NCBI GenBank assembly: GCA_963705895.1
Contig: OY970122.1
Location: 1,270,075 to 1,334,074 of the forward strand
Direction of reading: 5' to 3'
Source of the DNA: Candidatus Aminicenantes bacterium
GTDB taxonomy: Bacteria; Acidobacteriota; Aminicenantia; Aminicenantales; JAFGAV01
DNA length: 64,000 nt
The stretch's first letter is position 1. The number at the start of each line of letters is the position of its first letter. The notes beneath the pieces were generated by a model. The model was not told where the DNA came from and did not search any database. It saw only the letters and a program-made list of their open reading frames with translations. Shown in pieces: positions 33,479-42,400 of the stretch. The position numbers and the translations under genes are program-made.

Positions 33479-34417
33479 ATGACGGGCGTTCGCTCACTGA
33501 GGGTCACCCTCGGCCCGCTGAAATATCTTTTAAAAGCTCACGATGGCTGGGGGCAAAGAACGATCGACGACCTCCGGCGACACGTGGCTTTTCTGACCTT
33601 TCGAGGCAAGCCGGACCGAACGTTCCACCTTCTCCGTGAACCCGCGGACGAGAGTCCGGAGGAATCCTCACAAGGAATGATCCCGCCGGAGCTCCTGGCC
33701 CTTTTGCCCGGCGGCAGTCCCCGTCTTCAATGGTCTTGCGACCTCGATACCGCGCACTCGATCACCCGGCGGCATTCGGACTTCCCCGAGTGTTTTTGGA
33801 CGTCTCGGGCCGACGCCGCGAGCGACTCCATAAGGTTTCGCCTCCCCTGGCCGCTTATTATCGAAGACATGGTCAGCCGCGGCGGAGGAGTCGTTCACGC
33901 GGGTCTGGCCGTGCGAAGAGAAGCGGCCGTCCTGTTCTCCGCCCCTTCGGGCGGAGGGAAATCCACGGCCCTGGCCAGGATCCCGGCCCCATGGAGGGTC
34001 GAGGCGGACGATGCAGCTCTTGTCTGGCCGTCCGGCCGCGGAACCGTCAAAGCCAGCCCGCTTCCGACATGGAGCGTCATGGCAGGAAGAAGCCGGATGC
34101 CGAAGGGTTTGGGCCGATGGAAGCCGGGCGATTCCTGGAGAGTTGGCGCGATCGTGGTCCTGGAAAAATCCCCGTTCTTGGAGTATTCCCCGTTTGCCCC
34201 GGCAGAGGCCGCAGCCGTTCTTTATCGGGCCCTGTCGGATCACCCGGAAAGCAGCCGGAGCCGTCACTTATTCAGGAAAGAATTCTTTGGAACAGCTTGT
34301 TCTCTCGCCAGGTCTCTGCCCGCATTCATCCTCAGATTGGGTTTGACCGACGCCTATTGGAAGCTTTTGGAAAGAGATATCAAGCAGCCCAGGGAAACCG
34401 GAAAGATCCTCGGTTGA
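33479..34417 (+). CDS. HPr-kinase C-domain-like P-loop protein (HprK-related, RiPP-cassette type)
   Basis: 312 aa. GGGVVHAGLAVRREAAVLFSAPSGGGKSTALARIPAPWRVEADDAALVWP parallels the HprK core hGvl..v.g.GvLi.G.SG.GKSe.Al.L...G..LvaDD. The N-terminal ~130 aa are unassigned. Confidence 0.65.
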   Translation: MTGVRSLRVTLGPLKYLLKAHDGWGQRTIDDLRRHVAFLTFRGKPDRTFHLLREPADESPEESSQGMIPPELLALLPGGSPRLQWSCDLDTAHSITRRHSDFPECFWTSRADAASDSIRFRLPWPLIIEDMVSRGGGVVHAGLAVRREAAVLFSAPSGGGKSTALARIPAPWRVEADDAALVWPSGRGTVKASPLPTWSVMAGRSRMPKGLGRWKPGDSWRVGAIVVLEKSPFLEYSPFAPAEAAAVLYRALSDHPESSRSRHLFRKEFFGTACSLARSLPAFILRLGLTDAYWKLLERDIKQPRETGKILG

Positions 34418-34425
34418 GATCGCGT

Positions 34426-34442
34426 CCCGGAGAGTATCCGGG
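34426..34442. terminator. hairpin between the convergent HprK-like and peptide genes
   Basis: CCCGGA-GAGTA-TCCGGG lies 9 nt after the HprK-like stop and 13 nt after the peptide stop. No U-tract on either strand. Confidence 0.35.
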
Positions 34443-34455
34443 AAATGGAGAAACC

Positions 34456-34734
34456 TTATTGGTGGACGGTCCCTCCCCCCTGACATCCGCCTCCAGCTTG
34501 AAAATGGCCGGCGTCGGTGCCGTTGGAACAGCCGGCATGCGCCAAGCCGCCAGACTGGCAACAGTGCGACGGGTCGGGACCAGTATAATCACCATAATGG
34601 CAGATGTGTCCCTCGGACCCATATCCAGATGCCCGGGGACATCCTGTCGTGCCCGCCATGCAATGCCCCAACGTCTCCGGAAGCCGACTTAGGTTGACAA
34701 TTCGAGGCTTCGACCAAGTCTTAGGATTTTTCAT
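34456..34734 (-). CDS. 92-aa Cys/His/Gly-rich peptide, candidate RiPP precursor
   Basis: ATG at 34734 with a GAGGTG SD 7 nt upstream. Sequence: MKNPKTWSKPRIVNLSRLPETL-GHCMAGTTGCPRASGYGSEGHICHYGDYTGPDPSHCCQSGGLAHAGCSNGTDAGHFQAGGGCQGGGTVHQ. It has a dedicated promoter upstream and a hairpin downstream. Confidence 0.55.
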   Translation of the reverse strand: MKNPKTWSKPRIVNLSRLPETLGHCMAGTTGCPRASGYGSEGHICHYGDYTGPDPSHCCQSGGLAHAGCSNGTDAGHFQAGGGCQGGGTVHQ

Positions 34735-34764
34735 ATGATCCCACCTCACAGCCGGAATTAAATA

Positions 34765-34793
34765 AATTTAGGCTGCGCGGGTTTGTTTGTCAA
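34765..34793 (-). promoter_or_regulatory. sigma70-type promoter dedicated to the peptide gene
   Basis: The minus strand reads TTGACA (34793-34788), a 17-nt spacer, then TAAATT (34770-34765), about 30 nt upstream of the ATG. Confidence 0.6.
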
Positions 34794-34812
34794 GTTTTTT
34801 TCATTAGTTTCG

Positions 34813-34850
34813 ATAAAAAAAATAATTGTGCTGTCCGCGTTCGGCGCGGA
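34813..34850 (-). terminator. possible terminator after the PqqD-like gene
   Basis: The minus strand forms the hairpin TCCGCG-CCGAA-CGCGGA. After 11 nt it is followed by a run of eight T residues. This spacing is non-canonical. Confidence 0.35.
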
Positions 34851-34904
34851 TTTTGCCTGCACGCTCCCAGGTAAGGCCACGCGGCCGCAAAACCGACAGC
34901 CCGA

Positions 34905-35204
34905 TCAGATCTTCTTTAACAGCTGATATTTTGAACAGGACTTTATGATCAGCGAAGCTTCCTTATTGGCTTTCGCCTCGGTCAGACGATAGTTTTTATA
35001 GATCAAGGCGCCCAACTCAGCCTCGGAAAAAACCGACGCCGAAAACCAGTCCTTCAGCAATTCCAAGAGAGCCGCAGCCGAGTTGTTGACAGTGAGAATC
35101 AGGTCCTCGGACGGCAGATAGATCAAAGTCTTCTCGCCAAAACGTTCACAGACGAAATCTGCCGCCAAACGATATCTCGGCCGCCGCTTGTTGGGAATAC
35201 CCAT
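34905..35204 (-). CDS. PqqD-family peptide chaperone (RiPP recognition element)
   Basis: 99 aa with a GAGGAGG SD. RYRLAADFVCERFGEKTLIYLPSEDLILTVNNSAAALLELLKDWFS ... SEAELGALIYKNYRLTEAKANKEASLIIKSCSKYQLL fits the PqqD beta3-alpha3 pattern. It is visibly more AT-rich than the flanks. Confidence 0.65.
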   Translation of the reverse strand: MGIPNKRRPRYRLAADFVCERFGEKTLIYLPSEDLILTVNNSAAALLELLKDWFSASVFSEAELGALIYKNYRLTEAKANKEASLIIKSCSKYQLLKKI

Positions 35205-35377
35205 GCCTCCTCATCTCCCCCATTGAGCATAGCAGAGCTCTAGCCGACAATCAAATCAGGGGCCGTCATCAGATGCGGCGTCACCGGCCTTCATCGGAAT
35301 CCTGGACACGTCCGGTGGATTCAGGTATATTAAGTCTTCTTTATTTTTCATATTTCTTTCATCAAAAAGGAGTGGAG

Positions 35378-35938
35378 ATGAGCAAAACACAGGAGAATCT
35401 GCTCAAGGCTTTTGCGGGAGAATCCATGGCCCGCAACAAATATACCTACTTCGCCGAGCGCGCTCGGAAAGAGGGCTACGAGTGGATCGCCCAGGTCTTC
35501 GAGGAAACCGCCGGCAACGAGAGGGCTCACGCCCAGCGCGAGTTCGAGCTGATGAAGGACCGGGTCGAGATGACCAACACATACGATATCCATTCCATGG
35601 GCTCCACTTTGGAGAATCTGAAACAGGCCGCCGCGGGCGAGAACTACGAGTGGAAGAGCATGTACCCGGATTTCGAAAAGGCCGCCCGCCAGGAGGGCGA
35701 AAAGCTCATCGCCGAGGTGTTCAAGCAGACCGGGGAAGTCGAAGAAAAGCACGAAGAACGCTATCTGAAGCTGGCCAAGAAGCTGGAATCCGGCCACATG
35801 TTCAAATCCGAGAGCGCGGAAACCGAATGGAAATGCCTGAACTGCGGATATGTCCATAAGGGCAAGGAAGCACCCAAGGTCTGCCCCTCGTGCGCCAAAC
35901 CCCAGGGCTTCTACATGCAGCTCGGCTTCGTCCGCTGA
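35378..35938 (+). CDS. rbr: rubrerythrin
   Basis: Diiron four-helix motifs (ENLLKAFAGESMARNKY, ETAGNERAHAQ, AAAGENYEW, EVEEKHEERY) plus a C-terminal rubredoxin knuckle pair CLNCG ... CPSC. Confidence 0.9.
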   Translation: MSKTQENLLKAFAGESMARNKYTYFAERARKEGYEWIAQVFEETAGNERAHAQREFELMKDRVEMTNTYDIHSMGSTLENLKQAAAGENYEWKSMYPDFEKAARQEGEKLIAEVFKQTGEVEEKHEERYLKLAKKLESGHMFKSESAETEWKCLNCGYVHKGKEAPKVCPSCAKPQGFYMQLGFVR

Positions 35939-36228
35939 TCGCCCGGCGAATCAACTCGACTTCGTTCTAAGCTTTTTGATCTTAAGGGTGCAGTCTGTCC
36001 CGTCAAAACTCACCCGAAAGCCTAAACCGCGGACTTTGGCTTGTTCCTTCATGATGTCCTTAGTGAAACCCCTGTTTTCTTTCATTTGTCTTCCGGTCCT
36101 GGTCCATCATGACACTTATCAACCATCCCCAAATATGCTATATATTCTTATCATCAGAAGGAAGGAGAAGACAATGAGACGAAACCCCTTGAAGACGGCA
36201 CTCTTTGGCTTGATTCTTATCTCTCGGT

Positions 36229-37365
36229 TTGCTCCTCAGCTCTCAGGCGATTCGGGCCCTGGACAACGGGCTGGCCCCGACCCCGCCCATGGGCTGGAAC
36301 AGCTGGAACAAGTTCGGCTGCAAGATCAACGAGAAGATCGTGAAGGAGATGGCCGAGGCCATGGTTTCAAGCGGGATGAAGGACGCCGGCTACGAGTACA
36401 TCGTCATCGACGACTGCTGGCAGGTCGACCGCGACGCCCAGGGCAATATCATCGTCGACGCCAAGGCCTTTCCCTCCGGGATGAAAGCCCTGGCCGACGA
36501 CATCCACTCCAAGGGGCTGAAGTTCGGGATCTATTCCGACGCCGGGACAAAGACCTGCCAGGGACGGCCCGGCAGCTGGGGCTATGAGTTCCAGGACGCC
36601 CGTCAATACGCCGCGTGGGGCGTGGATTACCTGAAATACGACTGGTGCAACAACGGCGAGCAGAATTCCGCGGCGGCCTATTCCCGGATGCGGGACGCCC
36701 TCAAGATCTGCGGCCGGCCCATCGTCTTCAGCATCTGCGAGTGGGGCAGCACCAAACCCTGGACCTGGGCCCCGGAGATCGGCAATCTCTGGCGCACGAC
36801 CGGCGACATCCAAGACATATGGGAAAATAAAAAAGCAGACGGCGGTCTGGGCGTCGTCCAGATCCTCGACCTCCAGGTCGGTCTGGAGAGCGCGGCCGGA
36901 CCGGGCCACTGGAACGACCCCGACATGCTCGAAGTCGGGAACGGGGGCATGACCACCGCCGAGTGCCAGGCGCATTTCAGCCTATGGTGCATCCTGGCCG
37001 CGCCGCTCATGGCCGGCAACGACCTGCGGTCCATGAAACCCGCGATCCGCGATATCCTGACGAATAAGGAAGTCATCGCCGTCGATCAGGATCCCTTGGG
37101 CTGCCAAGGCCGCAAGGTCCGGGATGACGGCGACACGGAGGTCTGGTCCAGGATGCTGGCCGACGGGAACCGGGCCGTCATCCTTCTCAACAGGGGCAAG
37201 TCCGGGACCAAGGTCACGGTCAATTGGACCGAGATCGGTTATCCGGCCAAGATGGCGGCCGAAGTCCGCGACCTCTGGCTTAAAAAGGACCTGGGAAATT
37301 TCACCGGCAGCTTCTCGTCCTCGGTCCCCTCCCGCGGCGTGGTGATGGTGCTCATTAAGCCCTAG
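36229..37365 (+). CDS. alpha-galactosidase, GH27 family (signal peptide apparently frame-broken)
   Basis: LDNGLAPTPPMGWNSWNKFGCKINE ... YEYIVIDDCWQ ... DYLKYDWC. A good ATG/SD at 36174 opens MRRNPLKTALFGLILI in another frame. That frame would join SLGLLLSSQAIRA-LDNG after a 1-nt shift near 36205-36225. Confidence 0.8.
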   Translation: MLLSSQAIRALDNGLAPTPPMGWNSWNKFGCKINEKIVKEMAEAMVSSGMKDAGYEYIVIDDCWQVDRDAQGNIIVDAKAFPSGMKALADDIHSKGLKFGIYSDAGTKTCQGRPGSWGYEFQDARQYAAWGVDYLKYDWCNNGEQNSAAAYSRMRDALKICGRPIVFSICEWGSTKPWTWAPEIGNLWRTTGDIQDIWENKKADGGLGVVQILDLQVGLESAAGPGHWNDPDMLEVGNGGMTTAECQAHFSLWCILAAPLMAGNDLRSMKPAIRDILTNKEVIAVDQDPLGCQGRKVRDDGDTEVWSRMLADGNRAVILLNRGKSGTKVTVNWTEIGYPAKMAAEVRDLWLKKDLGNFTGSFSSSVPSRGVVMVLIKP

Positions 37366-37410
37366 ATGTTGATCGCTGATAATTAGTGGCTAGTAGCTCG
37401 TGGCCGGCGG

Positions 37411-38664
37411 CTAGTGACCGCGAGGCTTAAACGCGGCTTCGACCTGGGCCAGGCTTACGCCCAGTATCGCCCGGCACATCGCGTCGAGCTTCCCCTCTTC
37501 GCCCCGGAAATGAATTGTTGTATGAGTATGGCCATAGGTTTCGCCCGGCTTGAGGGCCAGGGCCGGAGAGCTGGACTCGAGCTCATAGAAGGGTCCGAGC
37601 GGCTTGGCTCCCGCCGAAGCCGGCCCGTCATTGTAGCTGTTGGCCACGTCCCCGCCGTACGGATTATCCTGGATCTCCCACATCGAGTTCACATAGTCCG
37701 TAGTGTTACCCGGAAACGTAAAATGGACGATGGTAAGGACTTTGTTAGCCGCGTCGTAGCTCCCAAGATAGGGTATAACCCAGAGAGGCAGTATGCCGAT
37801 CTTGCTGCGGTACTTGCCATCACCCTTGAAAAAGAGGTGTCCACGAATACGCGCTATGCTCTCCTTATAGACCAGCCGATCGGCAGGGACCTTGCCGAAA
37901 TAGGCGTCATTGACCACCTTGCCAAGGTCGTCCTCGGAGCCCGGCATGAAGGGGATGACGATCGTCGTCTCCGGGGAGGGGTTGAACATGCCCAGGATCC
38001 AGATCGAAAGGAGTCCGGCCTGCTTTACCCAGGGCTTGGAGCCGGTGTTCGTCACCCGGTTCTCTGATTCGAAAGCTACAGCCGACAGACCCGCCCAGTC
38101 CAACGAAATTCCGAGCGCCGCGACCTGCGCCTTATCCAAAAGGCGGACCGTCCGCTCGACCTCGAGGTCGAATACGGTCCCCGAGTAGTTCACAAGATGC
38201 ATCCCCTTTCTGAAATGGACGCTCCCCGCGTCCCGGGAGACGACGTCGAAGGCGCCCTCGTTGAGAGGAGGCGGGGTGAACCAATTGTCCAGGGTGAAGG
38301 CCGCGCCAGCCTGAAAAAAGATCGAGAACTGGCCGCCCTCCGGCCCCAGCCAGAAGCGGTCCTCTCCCCCGAAGGCGTTCATATGAAGGTTGTTCTGACC
38401 CGAGGCCAGGAGCTCGCGATTGATCCAGCCGAAGCTCAAGCCGTCGGGCCCTTCGGCCGTGCTGGTCATGACCCGGCCTTGAAGGTCGGGGTTAACCGCC
38501 AGGCGCGCGGCGCCGCCCTCGTCCCCGAGAATGATCACCCCGGTGTGCTGTTTGAGGAAAGCGGCGTCATCCTTGAATAAGCGGGCCTGGGGCGATTTCG
38601 TGGACCTGGCGCATCCCGCAGCCAGGATAAGCATCGCCAGCGTCATCCAACCGAAAGATCTCAT
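37411..38664 (-). CDS. lipoprotein of unknown function (417 aa)
   Basis: Lipobox MTLAMLILAAGC with a GAGGAGG SD. The mature part is conserved-looking (FGWINRELLASGQNNLHMNAFGGEDRFWLGPEGGQFSIFF). No family confidently recalled. Confidence 0.6.
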   Translation of the reverse strand: MRSFGWMTLAMLILAAGCARSTKSPQARLFKDDAAFLKQHTGVIILGDEGGAARLAVNPDLQGRVMTSTAEGPDGLSFGWINRELLASGQNNLHMNAFGGEDRFWLGPEGGQFSIFFQAGAAFTLDNWFTPPPLNEGAFDVVSRDAGSVHFRKGMHLVNYSGTVFDLEVERTVRLLDKAQVAALGISLDWAGLSAVAFESENRVTNTGSKPWVKQAGLLSIWILGMFNPSPETTIVIPFMPGSEDDLGKVVNDAYFGKVPADRLVYKESIARIRGHLFFKGDGKYRSKIGILPLWVIPYLGSYDAANKVLTIVHFTFPGNTTDYVNSMWEIQDNPYGGDVANSYNDGPASAGAKPLGPFYELESSSPALALKPGETYGHTHTTIHFRGEEGKLDAMCRAILGVSLAQVEAAFKPRGH

Positions 38665-38738
38665 GGGTCCTCCTCTTCGGGGGAACAGGTCGTCCGGCCC
38701 CTCGGCCTTGATTTTCGAACCTGACCCATCCCCATCTT

Positions 38739-39455
38739 TTAGTACACGATCCCGTAGAACAGCAGGCCGAGGTACTCGTTCATCGCCAGGGAGGAACTGA
38801 AAAGGTTCTCGGCCAGGGGCAGGGCGTCCCGCCACGTGTAGCGGATAGCGCGCCCGACGACGGTGAAACTGACGGGCACGAGCGTCGCCGCAAAATCCTG
38901 CTTGCGGCACGTGAGCCGGACCCGGCGGCCATGGAAAGCGGAGGTGACGACTAGGGGGCTGCAGAAACCCCGATCCCGGCAGATGAGCTTGACCGCGCGG
39001 ATGTTCTCCAGCGTATCGCGGCTCCGGGTTTCGATGATGACCTCGCTTCGCGGAACCCCGTTCTCCTCGAGACCCGCCAGGAGGCGCTCCCGGTCCCCGG
39101 GATTGTTCTGGAGATAATTGAACCCGCACAGCACCAGGGGAACTTTCAGCTTGAGCTGGAGCGAGACTGCCGGCCCGAGCCGCTGGCCCGTCCCGTAGAG
39201 AACGATGACAACGTCACCCTTGGGATCTCGCGGCGCGGGGATCGCCTTCTCCAGGCTGCGGGTCATGAGATCCGACACCGGGGCCGTCGACAGGGCCCAG
39301 ATCAAGCATGCCACGGCGGAGAGATAGATCGCCAGTTTTTTGCCGGCTTTCTTCTTGAGCAGGATATAGACCGCGGCTCCCACGAGGAGAGTGACGAACA
39401 ACCCTGGGGGGATGAAAAAAGCCGCCAAAATCTTTTTCAGGACGAAAACAACCAT
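38739..39455 (-). CDS. YdcF/SanA-like DUF218 membrane-anchored protein
   Basis: N-terminal TM helices (ILAAFFIPPGLFVTLLVGAAVYIL), then GDVVIVLYGTGQR ... VVTSAFHGRRV. Confidence 0.6.
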   Translation of the reverse strand: MVVFVLKKILAAFFIPPGLFVTLLVGAAVYILLKKKAGKKLAIYLSAVACLIWALSTAPVSDLMTRSLEKAIPAPRDPKGDVVIVLYGTGQRLGPAVSLQLKLKVPLVLCGFNYLQNNPGDRERLLAGLEENGVPRSEVIIETRSRDTLENIRAVKLICRDRGFCSPLVVTSAFHGRRVRLTCRKQDFAATLVPVSFTVVGRAIRYTWRDALPLAENLFSSSLAMNEYLGLLFYGIVY

Positions 39456-39493
39456 TCCGGCCCCTCCCCGCTTTCTTGGTCGGCCGCGCCGGC

Positions 39494-42400
39494 TCAGCGG
39501 ACGTCCGGGAAGTCCGGGTCGGGAAGGACGCGCAGCTCTTTGGTTTCGATATCCTTGCCGTCGACCGACAGGGTGACCTTGTACCGACCTGATTCCACCC
39601 GGGTCATCCGCGCCCGCTCCTCCGGCCGCATGTCGCGCAGTTTCTCCTCGTCGACCTTCTTGTTCAGACCCCAAAAAGCCTTCTCCAGCCCGGCCTCGGT
39701 CTTGCCGTTGACCTCCTGGATGAGCTCGCCGCCGAGGTCCCGAATCGTCACCAGGACCTTGTCGGCCTTGCTTTTAAGATAATAATAGATCGCGCTGCCG
39801 ACCGGCGGATTTTGGGCCTGGGCGAACTCGCCCAGGGTTTGGCCCCGCCGCTCGTTCCGGTTCCACTGGACGACATCCTTCAGGTCGAAGAGATGGATCG
39901 GCTTCTTGAAGGTCTCGTCCTTGAATTCCTTGAAGGGAAAGATATCGGCGATGTAGATGCCGCGGCCGTAGGTCCCGATGGCCAGCTCCCGCTCCCGGGC
40001 CTGAACGGCCAGATCCTTGATGATGACCCGGGGCGCCGATGAGGACATGTTCAGCCAGTTCTGTCCCTTATCCAGGGTGATGAACAGCCCGTAATCCGTG
40101 GCCAGGTAGAGCACGCTGGCGTTGTCCGGGTCCTCCTCGATGTCGCTCACCGGGTTCATCATGTTCCGGCTGATATCCTCCCAGGTGTCGCCTTGGTCAT
40201 GGGTCACGAACAGGTAGGTCTTGTCCTCGTTGTGTGTCCGGTAGCCGGAGAACGCGACATAGCACGTCTTCTCCTCGAAACGCGAGGGCAGGACCCGCGT
40301 CACCCAGCGGTCCCAGGGAATCCGGGCGCCCTTGATGTCCTTTTTTGGACGGCCCTTGGCGTCGAAGGACTTGGCTGTGATGTTGACCCAGGACCGGCCG
40401 AAATCAGGGCTCATCTGGAGGTTGCCGTCGTCCGTCCCGGCCCAGTAGAGCCCCGGCTTCTTGGGAGATTCGGCGAAGGTGAAGATCGTGGCGTACTGGA
40501 GGTTGGTCTTCTTGGACAGGTCAATCCGTTCCTTGTTGTTCTTGCTCAAGTCCGGACTTATGGTTTCCCAGGTGTCCTTCAGCCCGCGGCTCAGGGAGCG
40601 GTGCACGGACTGGGAGCAAACGAAGACGATGCCCGGGTTGTGCGGGGAGAGGACGATGGGCGAATTCCACTGGTAGCGCTGAGCGGGATTGCCGGCCGCG
40701 TTCTCCTCATCGGTGTTGCGCGGGGCCAGCCTGAACGACTGCCGGTCCCTGAGGTCCATCCCGCTCGACATTCCGAACTGACTCTCCCAGTAGATGTAAT
40801 TGGGATCCCACCAATTCCTCACCACGTAAAATCCGTCTCCGGATGGAAGATAGGTCCAGTCCGCGGGAAAAACGCCGTAAGCGTTGCGGTTCTGGGACGG
40901 ACCCAACCAGGACCCATTGTCCTGCGTGCCGCCCATGACGTTGTAGGGCTGTTCGTCATCCACGGAGATGTCATAGAACTGCTGGGCGCTGACCGTCTCC
41001 TTCTGCGACCAGTGCTGGCCCCCGTCCCACGTCTCCGCCAGGCCGCCGTCATTCGCGTTGAGGATGTGCAGGGAATTGAGTGGGTCGATCCATACCGCGC
41101 GCGAATCGACGTGGGCTTTATGGTTGCCCTCCCAAGTCGTGAACTTGAATGTTTTGCCGCCGTCCCGGGAGATCGTTATCTGGGTTTCGTCGCACAGGAG
41201 CACCTGGTCGTTGTTGGGGTCGACCTCCAGCCGGCCATAGTACCCGGCCTCGACCTGATTGACCTCGTCGCTGCCGTCCGATATCTTGTATTCGGTCATC
41301 CGCTTCCAAGTTTCGCCCTGGTCCTCGGAACGGTAGATAACCCCCGCCTTCTTGACGGGAGGGTTGATGGCCAGGGCTCCCCCGTAAAGGATCTCCAGAG
41401 CGTACCGGTTCAGGGTTTCGGGCCGGCCGGCATGATCCGGGTATTCCTTGGCCAGGTCGTCTCCGGGTTTGAGCTTCTCCAGGAGGTCCTTGTTGTCCTT
41501 GTTGACCTCGCGGGCCTTGACCAGGACCTTGGCCGGGTCGACCTTGAGCCTGGCCAGCAGATCCGGGTCGGCCACCAGGATGTCGAGCCGGGCCAGAAGG
41601 TCTTTTTCGTCCTTGACCGATTTAGGGTCAAAAGTCAGAAGATCCTTGAAAGCCGGGTTGATCCGGGCCTTGTCCAGAGCCGTGACCTTGACCGCGTCCT
41701 TGATCTCGACGCCGGGCGAATCCGCTAGGAGGGCGATGGCCACGAGGTTGTTGAGCTTTCGCGCGCTCTCCAGGTAGGCCGCCTCGCCCTTGATAGTCTT
41801 GTCCGCCTCGCCGATGCCGGCCAGGACGTCCTTGTCGTTCTTGTAGGCCTTGCGGGCCGCGGCGTTGAAGCTGGTCCAATCCGACAGCCCGATGGCCTTC
41901 CGAAAATCGCGGTCATTGATGAGGTCATTGAGCTTCTTGACCAGGTCCTTTTCCGAATCCGCCTGGAGCGGCGTGAACTTGACCAGCCGAGCGATCCCGG
42001 TGTCAATCTTATAGCTCTTGAGCTTATTGAAGTAGAACCCGTCGCGAAAAACGTTGCCCTGCCGGAAGGCGGCCGCATTGTCCCGTTCGCTCAACCCGAG
42101 GTTGACCTGTTCGTCCATGCGGACGTAGACGATCTTGGGATTCTTGGCATAGAGGGCCAGACCGTTCCGGCCGGTCTCGATATCTGGAGGAAGTCCGGCC
42201 GTCAGCCGTCTCCAGGTCTTGCCCCCGTCCGCGGTCTTGTAAAGGAAATTCCCCTTGTTGCGGTCGATGAACGTCCATGTCGTGCGAAAGATCTTGTAGC
42301 CCGAAGCGATCAGGATGTCGGGGTTGACCAGGTCGATGACAAAATCCACGACGACGCGATCCTTGAGGTCGAGGACGCGGTCCCAGGTCTTGCCCCCATC

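Noticed and set aside
35952-36086. 44-aa minus-strand ORF (MKENRGFTKDIMKEQAKVRGLGFRVSFDGTDCTLKIKKLRTKSS) downstream of rubrerythrin
   Set aside because: It has a weak SD and no recognisable family, and it lies in an AT-rich spacer where short ORFs arise by chance. Evidence is insufficient to call a gene.
38665-39129. N-terminal extensions of track ORFs (37411-39129, 38739-39674, 49068-50492, 51672-52355, 52162-52749, 45215-46543)
   Set aside because: The extensions overlap the neighbouring genes in other frames and are Arg/Pro/Gly-rich. Internal ATGs with strong SDs give proteins that start at the expected family N-termini or signal peptides.
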